64,000 bases of DNA from Hyaloraphidium curvatum SAG 235-1 (GCA_025558095.1 JAIVFI010000024.1:558001-622000); one strand, 5' to 3'. Counted from the first letter of the stretch, positions 43,607 through 55,470 are shown. Numbers and translations: made by a program. Notes: generated from the letters alone by a model not told the origin.

Positions 43607-45565
43607 CTAGCCGGTGTCCATCGCGTCCTCTCCGCCTTCCGCCGCCTCCACTTCCATCCCGGGCGCCTCCTCGGCCTCTGTCCGTCTCGGCCCGCCGTGG
43701 TCCGCCCGGTCCCGCCGCGGCTTGTCCTCCCCCTCGTCCTCGCTGTCGCTCAGGTACGTCCCCGCCTCCTCCGGCACGCGGTACCGGTCCGACATGTTCC
43801 CTGGAAAAGCGCGTTCCCGTCAGCCCGCGGGCACCCCGCGGACGCGGACGCGGGCCCCCACCCGTGATCCTCGCGTCCTTGTCCTCCTCCTCCTCCTCCT
43901 CCTCCCCCCGCAGCCCCGGCGCCACGCTCCGCGGCACCTCCCGCGCCTGCACCGACGGCCGGAACCCGGTGTTGCGCAGGTTCTCGAGCACCCGCACGCG
44001 GATCTTTTCCAGCTGCTCGGGCGTGTTGAGGTTGGGCATGTTGGAGGCGGGGACCGAGAGGGTGTAGTCGGGGCCGTAGTAGTCGTAGTAGTCGTTGTTG
44101 GGCAGCTCTGCAACGGGGCCGCGCCGTGAGCGGGAAGGCGCCGCAGCCGCGGGCCCGCGAAACCCACCCAACGGCAGAGTCTGCCCGACCAGCGCCGCCG
44201 TCTCGTAGGTCCACGCCCGCGCCACGTTCCGCATCGTGTACCCGCCCCCGCCCAGCACCAGCAGCGGCACGTTGAACGACTTCATGTACTCGACGCAGTG
44301 CGCGTGGCCTGTTCCCCCCGTCAGCACCATCCACCTTTCCTCGCCGCGGGAAGCAACGTACCCTGCATCGACAGGTTGAACACCCCCAGCCTGTCCCCCG
44401 CCAGCGAATCCGCCCCGCACTGCAGCACCACCGCCCCCGGGGCAAAGTACTCCATCACCTTGTCCATCACGGGCACGAACACCGCCTTGTAGCTCTCGTC
44501 GTCGATCCCGCTGTTGAGCGGCACGTTGACCGAGTAGTTGCGCCCGGGACCGGCGCCCGTGTCGGCGATGGAGCCGGTGCCGGGGAAGAACTCGCCGTAC
44601 TTGTGGAACGAGACGGTCATCACCCTGTCGGTGCAGTAGAACGCCTCCTCGACGCCGTCGCCGTGGTGCACGTCGATGTCGATGTACAGCACCCTCTGGT
44701 GCACCCGCAGCAGCTCGAGGATGGCCAGGACGATGTCGTTGACGTAGCAGAAGCCCGCGGCCTCGCCCTTGCGCGCGTGGTGCAGGCCGCCGGCCCAGTT
44801 GACGGCAACGTCGGCCTTGTCCTGGGTCAGGATCGAGGCGGCCGCTGGAACCCGGGGTTCAGCCGCGGAGAGCAGGCAGGGGAGGGGGAAGGGACCCACA
44901 CAGGGAGCCGCCGGCGGCGATGGCGGCAAAGTCGTACATGCCGTCGAACACGGGGCAGTCCTCCCCGACATTGACTGCCAGACGCCCGGATCAGAATCCC
45001 CGCTCGGGTCTGCCGGTTCGCCGGTCCGCGACCCACATTTGGACAGCGCGTTGGGGTACGAGTCCACGTTGTCGGGGTTGGCGAAGCGGAGAAAGTCGAT
45101 GTACTCGTCCGAGTGGAACCGCGTCATCTCCTCGTACGTGGCCGGCTTGGGCCTCTGTGTTTGGGAGTGGGTCAGCGCCTTTCACCGCGGCCGAAAGGGG
45201 GGCGGGACGGCCCAAGGGAGAGGGCGGGCCCGCCGAACGCGCGACGCGTCGGCCCGGGCCGTGTTCCCCCGGCCCCCCAGGCCCCTCCCCGCCCCCGCCG
45301 CGCCCCTTCCGCTCCCGCCGAGAAACCCACATAAACCGCCAGCTTCTTCCACAGCCCGTAGTTGAGCACCAGGTTGTGCGTCATCCGGATCCGGTGCGGT
45401 TTCATGGGGTGCTGCGCGCCGTAGTGGAAGTTGCCGACCTCGGCTGGCGGCGGCGCCCGAGGGCGTCAGGCGCGTCTGCCCGCGGCGGGAAGGGGGGCGC
45501 GACCCACGGTCGTAGAAGTAGGCCACCTTCCGCTTGGCGGCGGGGGAAACGAGCTCCGTGGGCAT
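43607..45565 (-). CDS. RPD3: class I histone deacetylase (Rpd3/HDAC1-2)
   Basis: [57 protein letters not shown] and GGGGYT motifs; multi-exon. Confidence 0.95.
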
Positions 45566-46054
45566 CGCGGCGGGTCGCCTCGGGGGGCAAATAGGGAATA
45601 GAGAGCCGGAGGGGTATAGGGAAGGGCCTGCTGCGACCCGGGCGGCCGAGGGCTTGGCAATGCCCTCGTCCGAGGAAGGACCAGCGGCGAGAGAGCGTGC
45701 GGGAAGGGATTGGACCATTCGAATCAGAGTCGTAGAAACCGGAACAGAGACAAAACTAGCTCCTCATTACAAGCGCAGAGATACAAAACCCCCTACCCCC
45801 ACATTGCGTGGAAGCCCGACGTGTGGGCTCGTGAGAGCGGAACCTGGGCCACTGCGGTCGATCGGATCCAGCTGCTAAAGACTGCTCGTACTGATTCGGA
45901 GCTCCGCGGGGGCCGATGGGAAGTACCTCGACCAGATGGTCTGTCAGGACGCGAGTTAACCATCTTCAGGATCGCTCTGGATCCAGTCAAGTGACCGATC
46001 GACGCCACAACAACAAGGTCGGGAGTCGCGAGCGCGGTCCCGCCGCCGTTCGCG

Positions 46055-47272
46055 ATGTGGCTGCGCCAAGCCGGGTTGTGGCACGTCTTCCTCGCGGCCT
46101 TGCTGGTCTGCGCCACGGCAGTGCTCCGGCGCTGCCCTGCGGCTCCGGGGTCCTCGCCTCTGGCCAGCCCTGCGGCAGATCCGGATCCGCCCGTGCCGCA
46201 CATCCACATCGGCGTCGTGGCCGCCGGCGCCAAGTACGCGGAGATGTTTGCCGCGGGAGTGCGGTCGGTGCTCTTCCACCGCCGCAGGAGGTCGCGGATC
46301 GAGTGGCACGTGTTCGCCGACCGATCCGCGGCCGCGTGGTTACGAGCGAACTTGACGCTGCTGGCCCCGGGCGCTCTGCCGCCCTGCGCCACAGTCTCCG
46401 TGCGCGACGTGGGGCCGCTGATCGCGCAGGCGCGCGCGTTCCTCGCGGAGAACAACCTCACGGTGCAGCATTACGTCGGCGTCCAGGGCCTGGCGCTCGC
46501 GTTTCTGCACGACCACGTGCCGCCGCATGTGGACCGCCTGGTGGTGCTCGGCACCGACATCTTCTACGTCGACGACGTGGCGCGGCACTGGGACCTCTTC
46601 GCCATGTTTGACCGCGGCACCACGCTGCGGGACCAGGAACCCCCCGACGGCCCGCTGGCCGAGTTCTTTTCCGAACCGCTGATGCCCGCCCCCGCGCCGC
46701 CGGCCAACCGCACGACGGTGCTCGCAGCGACGCGGTGGTACCCCCCTCTGCCCCGCACCTTCCGCTGGCGCGCAACCTGGCCCGACGCCGTCGTCATGGG
46801 CGGCCGCCTCGTGGACGTCGCCGGCGCGCGGCGGATCAATCTGACAGCGCGCTACGCCGCCGCCGCGTCCTTCTACCGCTCCCGCTTCGGCGTGGACAAG
46901 TTGACGGCCGCCGACCAGACCCTGGCCAACATGTTCGCGCTCACCCACCCGGACTACTTCTCCCTGCTCCCCTGCTGGACCAACGTGCACACCGTGCACG
47001 TGATGAGCAAGGGCGGCGTGCACTGGAACCGCACGGGGTGGTGCCGCGGCGAGGCGCCGGTCAACGTGCACGTGTCCCCCTCGCGGCAGGTCGCGGATCC
47101 CGATTCGAGGTACTCGGCCATGTTCAGGTGGTACGCGTCGCTAAGGGACGGCTGGCTGGCGTTCTGCCCGGGGGAGAGCGGCGCGGGGGACGGGCCGGCG
47201 AACGTGGACGAGTACTTTGCCGAGGGGGCGCGGATCTGGGGATCGTTCCGGGAGTACAACGGGCATGATTGA
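46055..47272 (+). CDS. GT8-family glycosyltransferase (GXYLT/LARGE xylosyltransferase-like), type II membrane protein
   Basis: N-terminal TM/signal anchor; IHIGVVAAG...RSVLFHR...WHVFAD, RLVVLGTDIFYVDDVARHWDLF, ADQTLAN and LLPCWTNV motifs; intronless. Confidence 0.75.
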   Translation: MWLRQAGLWHVFLAALLVCATAVLRRCPAAPGSSPLASPAADPDPPVPHIHIGVVAAGAKYAEMFAAGVRSVLFHRRRRSRIEWHVFADRSAAAWLRANLTLLAPGALPPCATVSVRDVGPLIAQARAFLAENNLTVQHYVGVQGLALAFLHDHVPPHVDRLVVLGTDIFYVDDVARHWDLFAMFDRGTTLRDQEPPDGPLAEFFSEPLMPAPAPPANRTTVLAATRWYPPLPRTFRWRATWPDAVVMGGRLVDVAGARRINLTARYAAAASFYRSRFGVDKLTAADQTLANMFALTHPDYFSLLPCWTNVHTVHVMSKGGVHWNRTGWCRGEAPVNVHVSPSRQVADPDSRYSAMFRWYASLRDGWLAFCPGESGAGDGPANVDEYFAEGARIWGSFREYNGHD

Positions 47273-47815
47273 GCGCGCAGCATATCTCTGGCCCTCCAGG
47301 TGCACGGTCACGGGCGGCAACAAGGAGGGGAGGTTTTGCCCTCGATCGGACGGGCAGCCCAGATGAACTGGTCGGGGGATCGGACGTGGGGCCGAAAACG
47401 GGATGGCGTCCAATCTGGGTAGTCAGGTCGTGTCGGCACGGTGCGACAGGGATCCATCTGATGCCGTCCTGGGTTACGGGAGCACGTCCACGGGCTCGGT
47501 ATGTGTTTTGTGGGTTGGGCCGGGGGAACGCAGCAGGGCAGGGCAGGGTGGCGGGGCTTGGAACGCACGGCGAGCTGCAGCAGTGAGATCCTTTCGATCG
47601 ATCACCTGCAATCTATGCGCGGGAGTTTCGCAGCCCCGAGGTGCAAGGAGGCGGGCGGCGGGTGGGGATCGCTGTGGGGCGGCTGGTATGCGGGAAAGAA
47701 TCGGCGGACCGGCCAGGGACCGGCCGCGGAAACAACTCGACAGAAAGGGCAGCCGGCGGCGCGTCAACTTACCAACAACTCGCGAAGTCCAGGGAAACGC
47801 GACGCCGCACGCTCC

Positions 47816-49540
47816 ATGCCGCCCGCGCGCCCCCCGCCCGCGGCCGCGGTGCGCGGCGTGCGGCCTCTCGCGCTCTCCGCGGTCTGCGGCGCAGCGGGCA
47901 CGCTCGCCTTCGCCGACTTTTCGTCGCTGCCGTTTTTCCCGAAGCGGCACTTTGTCGTCGCCGCGCCGCCCGCGGGCGCCCGCCGCGGCGGCCACGCGCA
48001 CCGGAGGACGAGCATGGTGCTGCAGTGCGTGGCGGGCTCCGTCGCCCTCCGCTTCGACGACGGCGTGGGCCGCGTCGAGATCGTGCTGGACGCGGCGCGG
48101 CCGCACGACGCCGTGCTCGTGGGCCCGCTGGTGTGGGGCACGCAGGACTACGGGCCCGGCGCGGTGTTGCTGGCCCTCTGCTCCGAGGAGCACGACGAGG
48201 CCGAGTACGTGCGGGACCGGGCCGAGTTCGAGGAGCTCGTCGGCGTGGCCGGCCGCGCGAAAGAGGCCGGGGAGGACTCGGGGTACGGGTCGGCCGAGTC
48301 GGACGTGAGCTCGGTGGAGGGCGTCCGGGAAACCGCCCCTGCGACCCCCGCGGCCCCCGCGCCGGAGCCGTCCTCGGCCCTGGTCCCTGCCGCCGCACCC
48401 CGCGAGCCGCGGATCCCCTTCTTGGACGCCAAAAAGGCCGCGCTGATGGTCGAACCCGCGCTCCTCGCCTCCTTCAGGCGCGTGCTCCATTCGGGACGCT
48501 ACGTGCTAGGCCCCGAGGTCGAGTCATTCGAGCGCGCGTGGGCGGAATACTGCGGCACGGTGCACTGTGTTGGCGTGGCGTCGGGGCTTGCCGCCTTGGC
48601 GCTGATGCTGGCCGCCCCGGGGATCGGAGAGGGCGACGAGGTGATCGTGGCGGCAAACACCTACATCGCGACGGTTTTGGCCGTCTCGCGGGTCGGCGCG
48701 ACCCCGGTGTTCGTGGAGCCGGATCCGGCGACGCGGAACTTGGACCCCGCCGCCGCCGAGCGCGCAATCACCCCGAAGACGCGCGCGATCCTCTCGGTCG
48801 ACCTGTACGGGCACCCCGCGCCCTACCCCGAGCTCGCCAGCCTGGCCGCCCGCCGCAACCTCCTCTTCTTTTCCGACGCCGCGCAATCCCACGGCGCCCG
48901 CGTCCGCGGCCGGCCGATCGCATCGTGGTGCCACGCCGCCGCCTTCTCCTTCTACCCATCCAAGAACCTCGGCGCCCTCGGCGAGGCCGGCGCCGTTGTG
49001 ACCTCGGACCCGCAGCTGGCGGAGAAGATAGCGGCGCTGCGGAACTACGGCTCCCGCTCGCGGTACGTGCACGATCTCGTCGGCTCGAACGAGCGGATGG
49101 ACCCCCTGCAGGCGGCGTTCCTTATGGACAAGCTTCCCCACCTGGACGCGCTCAACGCCCGGCGCAGGGAGGTCGCGCGCAAGTACCTCGACCTCCTCCG
49201 CGGCACCCCCGGCCTCGGGCTCCCCCCCGACCCCGGCCCCGGGGACGCCGAACCCTCGTGGCACCTCTTCGCTGCCACCCACCCCCGCCGGGACGCGCTG
49301 ATCGCCCACCTCGCGGGAAGGGGAATCGACGCCCTGGTGCACTACCCCGTGCCTCCCCACCTGTCGGGCGCCTACGCCGGGATGGGGCTCGGGAGGGGGG
49401 CGTTTCCGGCCGCGGAAAAGCTGGCGGACGAGGTGGTGAGCCTTCCGTGCTGCCCGTTCATGGACGACGGGATGGTGGGGAGGGTGGTCGAGGCGGTAAG
49501 GGAGTTTGCGGGCGGGGATCGCGGCGGGGAGGGGAGCTGA
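47816..49540 (+). CDS. FdtA/QdtA-like sugar 3,4-ketoisomerase (cupin) fused to a DegT/FdtB-type PLP sugar aminotransferase
   Basis: RRGGHAHR and AVLLALCSEEHDEAEYVRD (FdtA family); linker; GRYVLGPEVESFE, DAAQSHGA, SFYPSKNLGALGEAG (PLP Lys), LRNYG and NERMDPLQAA; intronless. Confidence 0.9.
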   Translation: MPPARPPPAAAVRGVRPLALSAVCGAAGTLAFADFSSLPFFPKRHFVVAAPPAGARRGGHAHRRTSMVLQCVAGSVALRFDDGVGRVEIVLDAARPHDAVLVGPLVWGTQDYGPGAVLLALCSEEHDEAEYVRDRAEFEELVGVAGRAKEAGEDSGYGSAESDVSSVEGVRETAPATPAAPAPEPSSALVPAAAPREPRIPFLDAKKAALMVEPALLASFRRVLHSGRYVLGPEVESFERAWAEYCGTVHCVGVASGLAALALMLAAPGIGEGDEVIVAANTYIATVLAVSRVGATPVFVEPDPATRNLDPAAAERAITPKTRAILSVDLYGHPAPYPELASLAARRNLLFFSDAAQSHGARVRGRPIASWCHAAAFSFYPSKNLGALGEAGAVVTSDPQLAEKIAALRNYGSRSRYVHDLVGSNERMDPLQAAFLMDKLPHLDALNARRREVARKYLDLLRGTPGLGLPPDPGPGDAEPSWHLFAATHPRRDALIAHLAGRGIDALVHYPVPPHLSGAYAGMGLGRGAFPAAEKLADEVVSLPCCPFMDDGMVGRVVEAVREFAGGDRGGEGS

Positions 49541-49880
49541 TCGGTCCTGGCGATGTAATATGGCTGTAGCTATGTGCTGGATGATGGATTCCCGGTGGGT
49601 GGACTAGAAGAATCTGATACCCCTGGCCTTGTCTCCCAAGAGCCCCGGCCCGACGGACGCCGTGGCACCAGCTCATCGGAGTCGACGCGGGGCGGAAGTG
49701 GGGCCAACCGGCCACACAGTCGCTTTTATGCGCCCGTAGGAAAGAGATTCTGAGACTCCCGCTTGCGGAGCGGCCAAAGGCCGGGGATCCGGTTCCGCGC
49801 CCCGTGCTCTGGAGAGTCCCAAAAGTGATCCCTAACGCTGCGCCCGGATCCCCCACAGGGACACAACCAACCCCGCGACG

Positions 49881-52800
49881 ATGGACGCGCCTTCCCGGTC
49901 GGAAGCGGGGGAGCCCGCGGAGGAGCCTTCCGACCGTGGCGATGAGGCGCCGGGGGTGCCCGATCCCGGCGTGCCCGCCCCGTCGGCCGCTCCCTCCTCC
50001 CCCGGTGGTTTCATCGCCTCGGCCGCCGCAGAGGCCAAGGAGAAGATCTCCACGCTGGGCCGCCGCGCCGCCGACTCGACCGTCAACAGGATTCCCGAAG
50101 CCCACCGTAAACGGCTGAAGGCCGTCGCGAACACGCTTGTCGCGGTCGCGCTGCTGGCGCCCGACGTGATCGCCGTCGCGGGCGTGCAGCCGCGCCTGCA
50201 GGACGGCGCGCCGCCCGATGCCGCGGCGAAGAAGCTCGCGGGGTCCGTGTTGGGCGTTGCGGCCAAGGCGGCCAAGGCAGCGGGCGGGGGGGACGGCAGG
50301 GCGGAGATGGTGGCCGGCGCGCTCGGGGCCGTGGCGGGGGTCGTCGGGGCGACGGCGGGCCAGGGCGGGACGGGACAGGGTCAGGGAGGGCCGGACATGG
50401 CGAAGCTGGGCACGCTCGTCGCGGGGACGCTGACGAGAGCCGTTGCCGGAGGCGGGGCGCCTTCGCTCGGAGGCCTGGCGTCGGCCGCGACGGGAATGCT
50501 CTCCGGGAACCCTGGCACGATGGATACCAAACAGAGTGGCGGCTCAGGGCTCGATCTTTCGGCCCTCACGGGGCTCGCTGCGGGAGCCGTGCCCCAGGGT
50601 GCGGGCGGTGTCGGACAGGCCTTGAACCTCGGCGGGCTGGCCTCGACTGCCACCGGCCCTTTCTCGGGCTCTTCGAGCTCTTCGCAACCGAAGCCGCTGG
50701 GGTTGGATCTCAATTCGCTCGCCGGACTCGCAGGAGGCTCCTTGCCTCGAACTTCGCCCGACGGCGTGCCTTCCTCCGCGGCGGGCGTGACGTCCCTGGC
50801 CGGCGGATTGCTTTCCGGCGCTTCGGGACCGTTGAGCCCGAAACTCCCTGGTGGCTCGGTGGACCTGGCGGGGCTGGCCGGCTTGGCTGCGGGGTCTTTG
50901 CCGCGATCGCCCGAAGGTGGCTCCCAGGCTTCCGTCGGCGGGCTGGCATCCATGGCAACCGGGCTCCTTTCCAAGGCCGCTGACGGGACGGGCATCGTTA
51001 CTTCCGGCGGGACTTTGGATCTGTCGAAGCTCGGAGGGCTCGCTTCCGGATCGTTGCCCCGAGGCACCCCGGATCCGAGCGATCCGGCGTTGCTGTCGCA
51101 GGGCACGGCGGTCGCGGCCCTGAACAACCTGTTTGGCGGCGGTTCGAGCAAGACGCAGGAATCGGGGGGGAAATCCGCGCCCGCAGCTGGGTCTCCGTTT
51201 GCGGGAGCGCAGGGTGCTTCCCCGTTGGATCTCTCTTCGCTCGCCTCGCTCGGTCGGGCTGCAACGTCTAAAGTGCCCCTTGCCGACAATCTCCTGGGCA
51301 ACGTCGCGACGGCAGTAGCTCCTGGGCAGATTCAAGTCTCGGATGGCTCGGGAGTCAAGGAGGCCGATCCAGCAATGGAAAACCTCGCAGCACCGCACAT
51401 GCTGGCGAGCGCCGCGATCGCAATCTCCCCCAACGCCGCGACCGTCGTGGACCTCCCTTCCCAGCCCCTGGATTCCGACTCGGAAACCTTGCGCAAATCG
51501 ACCTCGAGCTCGCATCCCAGCGAAAACCAGCTGGAGATTCCCCTCGTCGAGCTCCCCGACATGCCCAAGCGGGAGTTTTCCCGCGCCATCCGCCTCCTCG
51601 TGCTCGTGCTCGTCACCGCCGCCGGCTTCCTCGGCCCGATCGCCATGACGGCCTACTACCCCGGCCTGGAGCAGATCTCCTCGGACCTGCAGACCAGCCA
51701 GGAGGTGCTCGACCTGACCGTGACCGTCTTCACCCTCTCGTTGGCCGTGTTCCCGCTCCTGTGGGGCGTGCTCTCGGACTGGCTGGGCCGCAAGCCCATG
51801 TACCTCGCCTCCCTGGGCAGCTTCGCGGTCGGCTCGCTGCTGTGCGGGCTCAGCGTCAACATCGGAATGCTGGTGGCGTTCAGGGTGATGCAAGGGGCGG
51901 GGAGCGCGGCGATGCTGAGCATCGGGGCGGGGACGATCACGGACGTGTTTCCGCAGTCGCAGAGGGGGGCCGCGATGGCGCTGCTCAGCATTGGACGTGG
52001 GTTGCATGCATGCTCAATTTGTACGTGCTGACGTACCCGCTCCCGCAGCGCTGGTCGGACCGTCGATCGCCGGTCCCCTCGGGGGTGTGATGACCCAGTT
52101 CGCCGGCTGGCGCTCCGTCTTTTACCTCTCCGCCGGCCTTGGCTTCGCCATCCTCGCGGCCATCACCGCCTTCCTCCCCGAGACGGGCGTCCGGGGCCGG
52201 GGCTCGGCGCCCAACCCGCTCAAACCCCTCATCTATTTGAAGTATCCCTTCGTCGCCGTCGCGACACTGAACGTCGTGGTGGGGTACGGCATCTCCTTCG
52301 CCGTGCTGCCAGACATACCCTACCTCTTCACGTCGACCTACGACGATGTCCGGGACGGCCTGGTGCTGCTCGCCATGACCGGAGGCCAGCTCGTGGGCAG
52401 CCTGGTTTCGGGCTTCCTCTCGGACCGGATCCTGCGGATGGTCGCCAAGCGCGGAAGGGGGGCGATCGAGGACGCCCTCTGGCCGGCGCTGCCGTCGATC
52501 GTGCTGCTGCCGGGGATGCTGTCGGTTTTCGGGTGGAGCTTCACGCAGAAGTGGCATCCGTCGATCCCGATCATCAGCCTCATCATCATGGGATCCGCAA
52601 TGACGGCGATCGCGACGCCCTGCAACACCTACATCATCGACGTCATCTACTGGAGCCCGTGAGTGTCGAGTGCGGTGCCAGCGGGCTTGGAATCCTCACA
52701 TCCATCCGATCGCAGGGCCGCCGCCGTCGCGATCGGCAGCTCCTTCCGCTACGTCATCGGCGCCGCTTCCCCGCTGGCGACCCCTCCGCTCATCAGGAGC

Positions 52801-52965
52801 ATCGGCATCGGATGGACCTACACGGCCTTTGCCCTGGCCGCGTTCGTCGCCGGGGCCGGGCTGCCCTGGGTGGTGCTCAGGGGTGCGGATTCGCGGATGA
52901 AGCACAGGCAGTGGAAGAAGGCACCGGGCGGAGCCAAGGGGGAGAGCAAGAAGGACGTGAAGTGA
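49881..52965 (+). CDS. MFS drug:H+ antiporter (DHA1-like) with a ~560-aa Gly/Ala/Ser-rich N-terminal extension
   Basis: WGVLSDWLGRKP motif A, FRVMQGAG and GAGTITDVFPQSQRG; about 12 TM segments; two introns near 52000 and 52660. Confidence 0.88.
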
Positions 52966-53181
52966 TTATCATAGTATCGATTTCGTTATCTTTGTCAAAT
53001 GATCTTCGTCGGAACCGGGCTCACTTCGCGGGTGTTCGGCGGCCCCCGCTCTCGCCTGGCCGTCAGCGCCACGGCCGAACCGCGTGCCCTCCTCCACACC
53101 CAAATCCCGCCCATACGCCAGCCGTGACGGGCAGACCTACCTTTTGTCTTTAGTGCTCTGCGTTGGTGGCCTCGTCTTGCC

Positions 53182-53951
53182 ATGGGAGGCCGCCAGAGCA
53201 AGCCGGACGACGTCACGGTCCACGTCAATGCCTCCGACCCGCCGGTGCCGATCCAGGTCTGCTGGTGAACCCACACGGCCTCATAGCGTTTGCTCATGGT
53301 TGCTGTCGCTCGCTCCCGGCTCATCGTGGGCAACCGAACCCCACTTCCGACGATGTGTCGCGCCGTCTCGGCGGCCGGCTCTTGACGACTCCAGTTCATG
53401 CCGGACCTCCTGGACACTCTATCCAAGGTTCTTGCCCTCACTGTCTTTGGAATGCGCCTTACTGACGCGACGGCACTGCCGCCGCTGAAAGCCGGCGAGC
53501 TCGGAATCGTACACGCGCGACGAGGTTGAGCACATCGTCCGCGCGAAGCTGAAGGAGCAGCTGGAGGCCATCAGGGAAGCCGATTACAAAATGCGGGAGC
53601 TGGAGGAGGATATCGCGGCCCAGGAGCTGGCGAGGAGGTCCGAGGAGCTCGTGAAGCAGACGCGGACGATCCGTGTCCGGATGCCCGAGGCCGAGGTACT
53701 GGTGAAGGAACGGGCCGTGGTGGAGTGCTACAAGTCGGTGTTTGGGCTATCGAGATGTTTCTGGCACTGTGGACTGACGGGGCGACTCGCAGGCGGAATC
53801 CGGACAGGCCCATTGATTGCTGGAAGGAGTTTGAAGGTCCGGCCAGGCTATTGCTCTTTGGATGGAGACCAGCGCTAACGACGTTGCCTCTTCAGACTTC
53901 AAGGAGGCCGCGCGGAAATCCTTCCGAGACACGCTGGCGGCCGACCCTTGA
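53182..53951 (+). CDS. MIC19: MICOS complex subunit Mic19
   Basis: spliced model absent from the ORF track: MGGRQSK (myristoylation)...PIQ|FMPDLLDTL...coiled coil...AVVECYK|RNPDRPIDCWKEFE|DFKEAAR Cx10C motif; TGA at 53949-53951. Confidence 0.8.
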
Positions 53952-54028
53952 TTGGGACACGATCAGACAAGGGTCGGAAAACTAGCACTGCTACCTTGGT
54001 CACTATTCCACGATACCATTGCCAATCA

Positions 54029-55470
54029 CTACGCCTTTTGCCTCAGCTTCCCAAGCTCCTCCTTCAGGAGCCGAACCACAGCCTCCCCCATCTCCGTCGT
54101 TGTCGTCTTGCCGCCCAAGTCCCGCGTGCGCAGTCCAAGCCCGCCGTCTTTTGGATCGTCGAATGCCCGCTCTACCGCCCGCTCGATCGCCTTGGCCTCC
54201 TCGCCGAGGCCGAAGGTGTATCGGACCAGCATGGCGCCGGACAGAATGCTGGCGACGGGGTTCGCGATGCCCTGGCCAGCAATGTCGGGAGCAGTGCCGT
54301 GAACCGGCTCGTCTGCGAGGCAGAACGAGATCAGATCGTCGTCCAGCGCAGCGGGGTCGACCACGTACACAGCGCCGGGCCGCCCTCGAGTCCGTTGAGG
54401 CTGGCGCTGGGTGCAAGACCCAGACTGCCGATGATAGCGCTCGCTTCATCGCTGAGAACGTCTCCGAAGAGGTTGTCCATCACCAGGATTCCGTTCAGCT
54501 CCCTTGGATTCTTCATCATAATCATGGCACCGGCGTCTGCGAGCACCTCGCGCGTCGGCACGTTCGGGTACTTTTTCATCGTCTCGACGAACACGCGGTG
54601 CCAGAGGCGACTCGAGGCCATGACGTTCCGCTTCTCCATCGAAATGACGGGCTGCAGTTCGTGTCCAGGTGGGGAGATAGAGGCAACGAAGTTGAATGAG
54701 GCTCGAAGGAAGCGAAGTCTCCAACTCACCCAAGGAGGGTTGTGCTGGAGCGCGAGCTTCGCCGCGACGTCGACCACCCTGTAGGAGGGAGAAAGAGCGT
54801 CAACAAGAGGAACGTCCTCTTTGAAATCTGGTCCCCCACCTCTCGATCTCGGGAACGGAGTAGTAGGTGGTGTCGTAGGCGTCGAAGCCGTTGTCTTCCT
54901 GTCGCTTGCCAAAGTAGCAGCCGCCGGCGTTCTCGCGCAGCACAATGAACTCGACGCCCTCCACGATCTCGCGCTTCAGGGGGCTGGCATCGTACAGGGC
55001 CTTGGACGGGAAGATGCAAGGCCGGATGTTGGCGTAGAGCTGGAGCTCCTTGCGGAGGGTGAGCAGGGCCCATTCGGGCCTCAGCATCGGGTTGTCTCCC
55101 GAGGCTCCTGTCCTGCGCATGTCGCACGCAAGTCGATTGAGAGTGTGTTGGTGGCAGAAAGGCAATAGAAGAAAGTCGTTGGAGGAAGGGTGAAGCCGTG
55201 GGAGACGGTCGAAACCCACCACTTCGGCCCTCCGACGGACCCGAAAAACACAGCCGTGGCCGTCTTGCAGGCCTCAAATGTATCATCCGGGAGTGCAGTT
55301 CCGTACTTGTCGATCGCCCCACCGCCAGCTTCTTTCTCCACGAAGTAGACGTCCGACAGGGCGGGAGTGGCTTCGATCACGGTCTGTATGACCTTGACGC
55401 CCCAGGGCGTCACTTCGGCACCGGCAAAGTCCCCAGGAATCACGACAATCTTGCGTCCAGTCCCGTTCAT
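54029..55470 (-). CDS. LEU2: 3-isopropylmalate dehydrogenase
   Basis: [43 protein letters not shown] and [18 protein letters not shown] motifs; multi-exon. Confidence 0.95.

Noticed and set aside
46055-49540. Bacterial contamination or chimeric assembly as the source of the fdtA-fdtB gene
   Set aside because: Composition matches the neighbours, the adjacent GT8 is eukaryotic-type, and the flanks are spliced eukaryotic genes; read-level confirmation is still advisable
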